DNA from: Arenicellales bacterium
Lineage (GTDB): Bacteria; Pseudomonadota; Gammaproteobacteria; Arenicellales; JAJDZL01
Assembly: GCA_965203865.1 (NCBI GenBank)
Contig: OZ241916.1
Span: forward strand, 202,353-266,352
Length of the DNA: 64,000 nucleotides
Direction: 5' to 3'
Positions 19,987 to 28,030 of the stretch are shown here, piece by piece. The position numbers were made by a program, and so were the translations under genes. Numbering within the stretch: position 1 is the first letter of the stretch; each line of letters opens with the position of its first letter. The notes under the pieces were generated by a model. It was not told where the DNA came from, made no database searches, and saw only the letters and a list, made by a program, of their open reading frames with translations.

Positions 19987-20885
19987 AACATCATGATTAC
20001 ATGAAAAAATTTTTGGACGACCATGTCAATCTAAATCAATCCAGAATTGATACTCTGAATGGACGAGTTAAATCTATAACGGATTATCTGAGATCAAATT
20101 TTGAAGGTTATCGAAAAGTCAGTACGCAAGGTTCGTACGCCCACGGAACCATCATTAAACCTGTGCAGGAAAATGATGAATTTGATGCAGACATTTTGGT
20201 TTTTATCGAAGATAGCCGATTTAACCCAGATTATTTTTATGAAGATTACGTCAAATTGATATGCGATGTACTTAGGAAGAATGGCGATTACAAAAACCTA
20301 GTAAAACTGAAGACTAGATGTTGCACAATTGATTATGCAAAAGATAGTCACATTGATGTTGTTCCTTGTATTAAGTACAGGGAGCAAATGTTTATCTGCA
20401 ATAGAGATGAAAAAAAATACGAAAAAACTGACGGCGATGGATATAAAGAATGGATAAATGAATGCAATCGAACTGTAGGGGGCGGTAATTTCAAAAAGGC
20501 TACAAGATTGTTTAAATTTTTGCGTGACCACAAGGACAATTTCACAGTCAAGTCAATCTTGTTTACGACCATACTTGGAGAGCAAATATATCGAAATTAT
20601 CTTGGAAGTAGTGGATTCGGAGATTTGACAGAAACATTATTTACTCTGTCAAACAGGGTAAGTACTTGGTTATGGCAAAATCCTGTTGTACCAATTATAA
20701 GAAATCCAGTGTTGCAAGAAGAGGAATTCAGCAGAGACTGGACACAAGAGGAGTACAGAAACTTTTGTGAAAAGTTTAGTAGTTACAATAATATGATTAC
20801 CCATGCATTCCATGAGCCATATCATAATGATAGTGTAAGGAAATGGCAAAATATATTTGGAAATGAATTCGGTAAATTGCGCTAG
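19983..20885 (+). CDS. SMODS / CD-NTase-like nucleotidyltransferase
   Basis: Pol-beta NTase signature QGSYAHGT ... EFDADILV ... SHIDVVP and a basic helix RLFKFLRDHK as in CD-NTases. Start (GTG 19983 or ATG 20001) overlaps or abuts the patatin stop. Confidence 0.7.
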   Translation: MKHHDYMKKFLDDHVNLNQSRIDTLNGRVKSITDYLRSNFEGYRKVSTQGSYAHGTIIKPVQENDEFDADILVFIEDSRFNPDYFYEDYVKLICDVLRKNGDYKNLVKLKTRCCTIDYAKDSHIDVVPCIKYREQMFICNRDEKKYEKTDGDGYKEWINECNRTVGGGNFKKATRLFKFLRDHKDNFTVKSILFTTILGEQIYRNYLGSSGFGDLTETLFTLSNRVSTWLWQNPVVPIIRNPVLQEEEFSRDWTQEEYRNFCEKFSSYNNMITHAFHEPYHNDSVRKWQNIFGNEFGKLR

Positions 20886-21221
20886 ACCCGAATACACCCA
20901 AAGTTATTGCAGGAGCAATCATGTCGCTTGGAGCATTTGTGTATAAACTTTACTCAATTAAAATAGTTAGATTCGCTTCTCGCGAAATAGGGAGGAAAAT
21001 TCCATCAACTGTGGCATCTACTATTCCTTGAGGATACTGTTCCATCAAGTAACGTAAGTGTTTATACGAATTATTCACATTAATATTCACCAAGCTGTCC
21101 AGATGAATTGTATGTACAGACCTTGCAGAGGCAAATTTGAACACCAAGTCTGGTGAATAGCATTTTCAGCGATTTCAATCTGTTCAACAGTCAGTTTGCC
21201 GATTGTTGTTGAAACTGGTTA

Positions 21222-21689
21222 TCAATCCAAGTTTGCATACTGCAAAGGCAGTGCGGTGGTGTATTTAATCCGTTCCATTGCAAAACTTGAGCTTACATCA
21301 GTGATGTCAACGGCCGCAACGAGACGCTTGTAGAACTTGTCGAACTCCTCAATGTTGGGAACGACAACACGCATCAAGTAGTCGATTTGTCCGCTCAGCC
21401 TGTAGAATTCCACGACTTCGGGGAAACTCACGACTGCTTTTGAGAACCTCTCTGTCCATTCCGCATTGTGCTGGTTGGTTCGAATTGCAACGAAGACATC
21501 AACCCCAAGATTCAACTTGTCCCGATTGAGCAGGCTAACCTTGGCTTGAATCACGCCATCGCTTTCAAGTTTTCGAATACGCCTCCAGCACGGCGAGGTG
21601 CTCAGGTTTGCCTTTTCGGCAATGTCCCGGATGGGCATTTCGCCATCCTGTTGCAAGCAGTCCAGAATTTTGAGATCTATTGAATCCAT
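21222..21689 (-). CDS. Lrp/AsnC family transcriptional regulator
   Basis: IDLKILDCLQQDG ... IRDIAEKANLSTSPCWRRIRKLESDGVI HTH plus a RAM/AsnC_trans C-terminal domain. Confidence 0.85.
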   Translation of the reverse strand: MDSIDLKILDCLQQDGEMPIRDIAEKANLSTSPCWRRIRKLESDGVIQAKVSLLNRDKLNLGVDVFVAIRTNQHNAEWTERFSKAVVSFPEVVEFYRLSGQIDYLMRVVVPNIEEFDKFYKRLVAAVDITDVSSSFAMERIKYTTALPLQYANLD

Positions 21690-21989
21690 GAATTTTTCCT
21701 CCTCCCAATAGATGTATGATTGGAACAAAGATATCAAAATTGTTGAGCTTTATGCAAGTATTTTCTTGTTTTTATCAGGTTAATCGACTTAGTGTTCCAA
21801 ATTACAAGGTAAATATTGGAAAAACATGCTGAGATGTACGCCGGGCATTGCCGCCGCAATGCCCGCTCCCTGATTTTTGAGAGGGTGCTTTCCGATCTTG
21901 AGAATTTCCTGAATAGGGGAGTTTCAAGATTAGCGAATTGAATCAACTTATGCAGTCGGAGATAGAAGTGGCAGTAAATTATTGAACAA

Positions 21990-23198
21990 TCATTCTGTTG
22001 GCGATGCTGGATAAATTGTCAAGCACAATTCATCACCTTTCAATTCATACTTAGGTTCCACTCCACTCAATTCCTTGCTTTCTCGAATAATTATTCCCAC
22101 ACCTTCACCCCTTCTGTCCATAAAACCGCTTCTAGCTATCTGATTACTTACCGTGTTGTTCAACTTTACCTCTGACAATAAGCGTGTCAATAGTTCATTG
22201 CGAGCACATTGGTTATAAATCAATCCATCAATTGTCAAAGAATCGACTAATCCTCCAGGAGAATAGATTTCCAGCCTGTCTGAGAACATGAACAAGCGAA
22301 TTTTGGCTCCATGCTTGGAATAGTCCCGATGCACAACCGCATTAACGATCGCTTCAAAAATTGCTCGCATACTGTATTGAGGCAAGTCCTCCCTCAACGT
22401 TGATTTTTTCGCAGAAACGAGGCTGTTGGTCATAACGAACGAAAGAGCATCCAAAACCTGCTTGTCCAATGGGCCATAAATGTCTTTGGCATCAACTTGA
22501 TAGTTTGCATCTTTGTAGATGCCGCCGTAATGAACAGCACAAATATAGCCGTTGGGTATGAACTCCTCTGGTGATTCGCAACACATTAACACTCCTGCTA
22601 CTGTTGCTCTTATATCTCCCCTTTCTTTAACTAGCAGATGTCGTTTCATCAGCACCGATTCGATAGGTTCTTGTTCCGAAAAGTATATAAACCGCCTGTA
22701 TAGTTGTTCGTTTAAGTTGTAAAATTGCGTAAGTGGTACTGCTTGGCGGTCAAATGGAATATTACGCCCTTGGGAGCGTTCTTGCGAAAGGCGGATTAAC
22801 AGGTCGGGGGGAAATTCCATCCTGCTACTTCCCTGGCGCATGAGGTATCCGCTAGGACTTTTGTGAATGAATAAACTACGAGGCACTTCAACTTTCAGTA
22901 TCAACTTATCATCTATCCTAATAATTTCGGTTATGGTTCTAACCGATGGACTAATGCTGTCTTTGCCGACCTCGACGGCAATATTCTCCACTTTATCGGC
23001 TTTACCCGAAGGAATGCCAACAATGTTTCTGTTATCAGAAACACCGACAACAATTACTCCGCCAAATGAGTTTGCAAACGCCGCTATTTCATCTGCAAAA
23101 CTATTTCGGTTCCAATTTGTTAATTCCTGCTTGAATCCGATTGTAGAATCCTCTCCGAGAGAAATCTTATCAAGCAGTTCGGATACGCTGTTAATCAT
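21990..23198 (-). CDS. AlbA_2 (Schlafen-like) + HATPase_c_4 putative DNA-binding ATP-binding protein
   Basis: N-terminal GEDSTIGFKQEL ... FANSFGGVIVVGVSD (AlbA_2-type divergent AAA). The C-terminal half resembles the HATPase_c_4 transcription-regulator module (AIVNAVVHRDY). Confidence 0.65.
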   Translation of the reverse strand: MINSVSELLDKISLGEDSTIGFKQELTNWNRNSFADEIAAFANSFGGVIVVGVSDNRNIVGIPSGKADKVENIAVEVGKDSISPSVRTITEIIRIDDKLILKVEVPRSLFIHKSPSGYLMRQGSSRMEFPPDLLIRLSQERSQGRNIPFDRQAVPLTQFYNLNEQLYRRFIYFSEQEPIESVLMKRHLLVKERGDIRATVAGVLMCCESPEEFIPNGYICAVHYGGIYKDANYQVDAKDIYGPLDKQVLDALSFVMTNSLVSAKKSTLREDLPQYSMRAIFEAIVNAVVHRDYSKHGAKIRLFMFSDRLEIYSPGGLVDSLTIDGLIYNQCARNELLTRLLSEVKLNNTVSNQIARSGFMDRRGEGVGIIIRESKELSGVEPKYELKGDELCLTIYPASPTE

Positions 23199-23936
23199 TG
23201 TTTAGACCTGTCAGGATGAATTCGCTTGTACCTTTGTTCAAATGCCTATTGCTCGCCTTATTTTTTTTTGCAGATGATTTATTAGTTGTTAGTTCAGTAT
23301 TTTCCAATTGACCAGTTGAAGTATCGTCATTTGCACGAGTGCGCCAAGTGCGGTCGTCAAGTTTCGCCGAAGGCCGGTACAGAGGCATGAAAAAGTTTGA
23401 TATAAGTTCCTTGGCAGCGAAGCCTACCGCGATACCGCCAAACGCCAAAATGCCGGTAATGCTGAATCCGAGGGTCTGCATTGCAACTAAAGTGGCAGTT
23501 ATCACAATGACAAGGCGTAGCACTTTCGCGAGGGCATCAAGATTCGCCTAGTTGTAGGGTTCGCCGCGGGCTGTCTTTTTTGGATATAAGTTTTCTCCAG
23601 ATTTTTAACGAGCCGGATAAAGAACCAGCCCATCGCTGCAATAATCGCTACAGACCGGATTGGCGGGACTGCGACAAAAATCTCTGCGTTGGTTTCGAAA
23701 TGAATAATGTCAATGGCAAGCGAAACTCCCGCAATCCAGATAATCAAGCCTGCAGGTTTTTGAAGTGCCGTAACAAGCGCATCGTCCCACATGGATTTTG
23801 TTTTTTGCGATTTTCCTGCAATATACTTGAACATGTATCTTCGAATCTCACTTGCAACAGCAGTTAGTGCCAGAGTGATAAATATCTGGAATACCCAAGG
23901 GTTTACTGTGAAAACTTCAATTATTCGATCAATCAT
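23191..23936 (-). pseudogene. MscS-family mechanosensitive channel remnant (frameshifted, 3'-truncated)
   Basis: Two overlapping ORFs carry the N-terminal TM module and the pore helix region (TLGFSITGILAFGGIAVGFAAKELISNFF). The beta/cytoplasmic domain is missing and the reading frame decays where the AlbA_2 gene begins. Confidence 0.6.
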
Positions 23937-24450
23937 CTTTATCCTTCTTACTGAACTTTGAACTAATAGCCATTAAGATGGCATCTTTATCCAAATTTTT
24001 ACTGAGCTGGATAAAGAACCAGACCAGTGCTGCAACGATCGCTATAACCTCAATTATCAGCACTGCGGCTGAAATCTCTTCGTTGGTTTTGAAGTGGATG
24101 AACTGAAGGACGAAAGAGATTCCCACAATCCAGATAATCAAACCCGCAGGTTTTTGAAGTGCGGTAACAAGGGCGGCTTTCCACAGGGATTCTTTCCTTT
24201 GCGATTTTTCTTCAAGATACTTGAACAAGTGTCTCCATGCCTTACTTGCAAAAACAGTCAGTGCCAGAATGGCAAGTACTGGAAATACTTTGATGAATAT
24301 TTTGATAAATGCCCCTAATGATTCGGCAAATCCTTTGATAAATAACACTAATGCTGGGACAAATCCTTTGATAAATATAAATAATCCCTGTAACATCAAA
24401 CCAATTCCTGAAAAAAATTCCCCAAAAAGTTCCATTACTTCATTCATCAT
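23929..24450 (-). CDS. membrane protein, paralog of MscS N-terminal module (copy 2)
   Basis: Shares SLW.AALVTALQKPAGLIIWIVG ... WFFI core with 23502-23936 and 24440-24979. Ends in KKDKDD. Confidence 0.45.
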   Translation of the reverse strand: MMNEVMELFGEFFSGIGLMLQGLFIFIKGFVPALVLFIKGFAESLGAFIKIFIKVFPVLAILALTVFASKAWRHLFKYLEEKSQRKESLWKAALVTALQKPAGLIIWIVGISFVLQFIHFKTNEEISAAVLIIEVIAIVAALVWFFIQLSKNLDKDAILMAISSKFSKKDKDD

Positions 24451-24979
24451 CTTTATCCTTCTTATTGAACTTCGAACTAATAGCTGTTGAGATGGCTTTG
24501 AACCTCGAACTAATAGCCGTCAAGATGGCTTTTTTATTCAAATTTTTATTGAACCGGATAAAGAACCAAGCCAGTGCTGCAATGATCGCTATAGACCGGA
24601 TTGCCGCAACTTCGGCCAAAAACCATGCGTTGGTTTTGGAGTGAATGAATTCAAGGGCGAACGAGACCCCCACAATCCAGATAATCAAACCTGCTGGTTT
24701 TTGAAGTGAGGTAACAAAGGCGTTCCAGAGGGATTCTTTATTTTGCGATTCTTGTTCAAGAAATTCGAACAAGAATCTTCGGATATTACTTACAACAGCA
24801 GTTAGCGCCAGAATGATTAATACTAGGATTATCAAGATTAATACCATGATAAAATCTTGGAGTTCCTCGATACATACCTGTAATTCCTGTAATTTCGAAA
24901 TAACTCCCATAAGAAAATCAATAACTCCCATAAGGAAATCAATAACCCCTCTAAGAAAATCATTTATTCCATCAATCAT
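24440..24979 (-). CDS. membrane protein, paralog of MscS N-terminal module (copy 1) with internal short tandem repeats
   Basis: Same conserved core. The N-terminus contains GVIDFLM repeats (24-nt DNA repeats at about 24895-24970). The C-terminus contains a duplicated AISS.F segment and ends in KKDKDDE. Confidence 0.45.
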   Translation of the reverse strand: MIDGINDFLRGVIDFLMGVIDFLMGVISKLQELQVCIEELQDFIMVLILIILVLIILALTAVVSNIRRFLFEFLEQESQNKESLWNAFVTSLQKPAGLIIWIVGVSFALEFIHSKTNAWFLAEVAAIRSIAIIAALAWFFIRFNKNLNKKAILTAISSRFKAISTAISSKFNKKDKDDE

Positions 24980-24997
24980 TTTTACTTTCTTATTGAA

Positions 24998-25780
24998 CTA
25001 TGCGTACAGTGAGTCAAGGAGTACATCCGGTTTTTCCGACATGATTGTATGGCCGACTCGAGGAATGACTACAACTTCAGAAAATTTTAGCGAATCTACC
25101 GAGTCTCGGGTTGCGCACACTGGGGTTAGCATATCTCTTTCACCGAGAATCAGCATAGTTTGGTATTGAATTTTCCGTGCAGACTTGATTCCGTTTCTGT
25201 AGTCGTTGCTGGCATTGCGATCATTGTACAAAACCCCAGGTGAACCTCTTTCAAACAGGCGTGTCAATCCGCCGATCATCCACATTCCCGGTGTATCGCA
25301 ACCACCAAAATGGGCAGATGGGCTATGCCCCCAGGCAGTAAGCATGTCAATAGCTTCATGATCATTCGATTTGGCAAGATTCAGCAGTTCATCCGTAACA
25401 GTCACGGGAGTTGCAGTTCCGACGAGTACAAGTTTTTCTGCTCGTTCAGGATACTTTGCGGCGGCTTCCAGTACGACTAAAGAACCCATGCTATGTCCTA
25501 TAAAAACAGCGCTGGACAGATTCAATTCGTCCAGAAGCTCCTTTAGCCAATCCGCATAAGCGCCAATCGTAGGCAGCGGTTCTCCCGTGGAACGACCATG
25601 TCCAGGCAGGTCGACAGCAACAACATTCAATCCGTGCCGGGCAAAATATCGCGCCTGCAAAGTCCAGACAGTGTGGTCCAGCGATGCACCGTGTACAAAC
25701 AGCACAGAAGGAAGATCAGGATTGATTTTCTTTCCGGCAGTAAATGCGTACGCGGTCTCGCCTTGAACTCCAATTCTCAT
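24998..25780 (-). CDS. alpha/beta-fold hydrolase
   Basis: VLFVHGASLDH, DLPGHGRS and the GHSMG nucleophile elbow. ATG at 25780 chosen. Confidence 0.8.
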   Translation of the reverse strand: MRIGVQGETAYAFTAGKKINPDLPSVLFVHGASLDHTVWTLQARYFARHGLNVVAVDLPGHGRSTGEPLPTIGAYADWLKELLDELNLSSAVFIGHSMGSLVVLEAAAKYPERAEKLVLVGTATPVTVTDELLNLAKSNDHEAIDMLTAWGHSPSAHFGGCDTPGMWMIGGLTRLFERGSPGVLYNDRNASNDYRNGIKSARKIQYQTMLILGERDMLTPVCATRDSVDSLKFSEVVVIPRVGHTIMSEKPDVLLDSLYA

Positions 25781-25796
25781 ACTACAAGATTCTTGC

Positions 25797-25997
25797 TCAC
25801 TTTTTGATGCGCTGGGAAGCTCGCAAACCGGTTTCCAAGTCTTCCACCAAGTTATCTGGATCTTCCAGCCCGACCGAGAGCCGGACCAAACCTTCGGAAA
25901 TTCCGGCAGATTCGAGGGCTTCGGCATCAAGCCGGTGATGGGTAGTGGAAGCAGGGCGAATTACCAGCGATTTAGCACCCCCCGTTGGCATGCTCAA
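25797..25997 (-). pseudogene. C-terminal fragment of a Cys/Met-metabolism PLP enzyme (O-acetylhomoserine sulfhydrylase/cystathionine synthase-like)
   Basis: GGAKSLVIRPASTTH ... GISEGLVRLSVGLEDPDNLVEDL covers only the last roughly 60 aa of this family. The upstream part is replaced by the repeat at 25988. Confidence 0.7.
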
Positions 25998-26055
25998 TCA
26001 GATCATTACGTGGTATTATAAGACAATCCTTATTTTAATTTGGATGCATGTTTTA
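25988..26055 (+). repeat. IS1595-associated end-like repeat, copy A (solo)
   Basis: GCATGCTCAATCAGATCATTACGTGGTATTATAAGACAATCCTTA ... matches 41724-41790 and the reverse complement of 45672-45730. Confidence 0.7.
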
Positions 26056-26079
26056 TTAATTAAAAATGGAGAAATTATT

Positions 26080-26184
26080 ATGGCTAAATCTAGTAGTGGC
26101 TCTAAATCAGGTCCGTCTAACGCACCTAGTAGGACGGGCAATCCTTCTGGCGGAGGTCGTGGAAATAACCCCCCAAAAAGATAA
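26080..26184 (+). CDS. micro-ORF, 34-aa Gly/Ser/Pro/Lys-rich peptide (copy 1)
   Basis: GGAG SD 8 nt upstream and a strong terminator downstream. The paralog at 26502 shares NAP ... PSG ... RGNNPPK. Confidence 0.5.
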   Translation: MAKSSSGSKSGPSNAPSRTGNPSGGGRGNNPPKR

Positions 26185-26210
26185 GGTTAAGTTGCACATT
26201 TCCTATGAAT

Positions 26211-26245
26211 AGAGTAGCCCGAAGTTTTTTCGGGCTACTCTTTTT
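26211..26245 (+). terminator. Rho-independent terminator after micro-ORF 1
   Basis: agagtagcccgaa / ttcgggctactct stem followed by TTTTT. Confidence 0.8.
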
Positions 26246-26501
26246 AGCAGTAGATGTTTTTCAACATCCCAAAAAAATGTCTATCTTCTAATTAGTTTGT
26301 CATGGCATGCAATGGAACAGCATCAACGAATATCTTAAGTAGATACTCGCAAAAAAACTACGACTTAAAAACTGAACGATTCGATAAGTATTTTTGCAGA
26401 TGAAATTGAAAATTAATTCTTGTAGAGTAAAAAAAACTTTCTTGCGTACTCGTATAATCTATTTCTTATGTGTTTTTTTACATTTTTATGGGAGGATGTA
26501 T

Positions 26502-26612
26502 ATGCCTACATCAAAAACTGGTTCCAAACCAAAACCGCCGCCTAACGCACCTGCTAAGAAGCAGTACAGGCCTTCTGGTAAATATCGTGGAAATAATCCG
26601 CCAAAAAAATAA
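26502..26612 (+). CDS. micro-ORF, 36-aa Lys/Pro-rich peptide (copy 2)
   Basis: GGAGG SD 6 nt upstream and a terminator-like hairpin downstream. C-terminal RGNNPPKK is shared with copy 1. Confidence 0.5.
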   Translation: MPTSKTGSKPKPPPNAPAKKQYRPSGKYRGNNPPKK

Positions 26613-26638
26613 GGTTAAGCCGTACATCTACTATGAAA

Positions 26639-26672
26639 GGGCGGCCCGAAATTTTTCGGACCGCCTTTTTGA
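26639..26672 (+). terminator. Rho-independent terminator after micro-ORF 2
   Basis: ggcggcccgaaa / tttcggaccgcc stem (one mismatch) followed by a T-run. Confidence 0.65.
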
Positions 26673-27034
26673 TAGTAAATACTTGCCAACTTCCCGAAAA
26701 ATGCCTATCTTCTAATTTAGTTCGTTATGGCCTACAGCGGAACGACATCAACGGACATCTTAAGTGGATGCCAGTGGAAAACTACAACTTAAAATTCTTG
26801 CAGGTGCAATTGAAAATTAATTCTCGTACAGTCAAAAATTCATGCAGAATTAAATAGTGTTGCAAAAAAGCAACACAAATGTATTGACCTATTGCAATAT
26901 TGAATCATATTTATAGCAATAGAAAAGAAGTTCTATTATCATTCCCCCAAGAGTAATCAAGGAACATCATCAGTTCCAAGATTACTTTCAATTGTTAACT
27001 TAAATTAATTAATTAATTTTAGAGGATTTTTCAA

Positions 27035-28030
27035 ATGAAGAAAAAATTACTTGTTATTGCTCTCGCAAGCCTATTGAGTGCGCCCTCAATTGTCTTTGCG
27101 CAGGCAACCTGGTACGGCTCGTTCCGCGCCGGCGTGGAAAGTGCGTCCGGCGAGACCACCCTGAACTCGAAGGGGAGTCGCTGGGGCGTGAAGGGCTCGA
27201 ACGAGATTTCCGACGGCCTGACGGCGGTGTACCGCTATGAAGAGGCGCTGGACCTGAGGACCGCCACGCTGGGCGCCGGCAACCGGCTGTCCTATGTGGG
27301 CCTGTCCGGCGGGTTCGGAACATTGACCATGGGCCGCGTCTGGGGCGCCGAGTACAACTCGACCGGCGCAATTACAGACAACTCCTACTTCTACGGCGAC
27401 AGCCTCGGCAGCTACAGAATCGGGCCTGCGCTTTCGTACGCAGTGTCGGCCGGCCCTGTGAGCATGCAGCTTGACGCCGTCATGGCGGGCGGAAATACCC
27501 CGATGGACACTGACAACGATGCGGATACTCCCGATGTCAACACTCGAGACACCAAGACGGTTGACCAGGTTCTGTTCGGTCTTTCGGCGGACTTCGGCAG
27601 CGGCAAGGTGGCGGTTTCGTACCGTGCGAACAGCACCGTTCCTGCGGTGAAGGACACCAACATCACGGCTGCCGGGCAGTTCACCTTCGGCGCCACCCGG
27701 GTCTATCTGGGCTATTCGCAGTTCAAAGAGCCTGACGACAACGATAGTGGTACAGAAGGCGTGCAGACTCGAAAGACGACTGGCACATTTGCTGGAATCG
27801 GCGGTTCTTTCGGCGACACTGGCCTGTCGTATCTGATGCAGGTGACGCAGAGGAAGCAGGAGACTGGCGGGACTGCTGCGGCGGCCAAGCCGACTCCTAT
27901 TCTGCTGAGCATTGCGAAGTCGCTTGGAGGTTCATCCACGATTATTCTGGAAGGCGTGACCAACAACAAGACCTTCGCTGGTGCGAAGCAAAAAGCAACA
28001 GTAGGGCTTATACTGAAAGTCGATTTCTAG
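27035..28030 (+). CDS. Gram-negative general porin (copy 1, intact signal peptide)
   Basis: Signal peptide MKKKLLVIALASLLSAPSIVFA, N-terminal ATWYGSFRAG, alternating beta-strand pattern and terminal VDF (C-terminal Phe). Confidence 0.85.
   Translation: MKKKLLVIALASLLSAPSIVFAQATWYGSFRAGVESASGETTLNSKGSRWGVKGSNEISDGLTAVYRYEEALDLRTATLGAGNRLSYVGLSGGFGTLTMGRVWGAEYNSTGAITDNSYFYGDSLGSYRIGPALSYAVSAGPVSMQLDAVMAGGNTPMDTDNDADTPDVNTRDTKTVDQVLFGLSADFGSGKVAVSYRANSTVPAVKDTNITAAGQFTFGATRVYLGYSQFKEPDDNDSGTEGVQTRKTTGTFAGIGGSFGDTGLSYLMQVTQRKQETGGTAAAAKPTPILLSIAKSLGGSSTIILEGVTNNKTFAGAKQKATVGLILKVDF

Noticed and set aside
24895-24970. Short regularly spaced direct repeats (24-nt units) that could suggest a mini CRISPR array.
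   Set aside because: There are only three contiguous, spacer-less units. They are in frame within a membrane-protein ORF (GVIDFLM repeats), and no cas genes are present. This is a coding tandem repeat.
18700-25000. The 18.7-25 kb accessory block might be a prophage or integrative element.
   Set aside because: I could recognise no integrase, recombinase, tRNA attachment site, phage structural genes or flanking direct repeats. It is better described as a small defence/accessory islet of unclear mobility.
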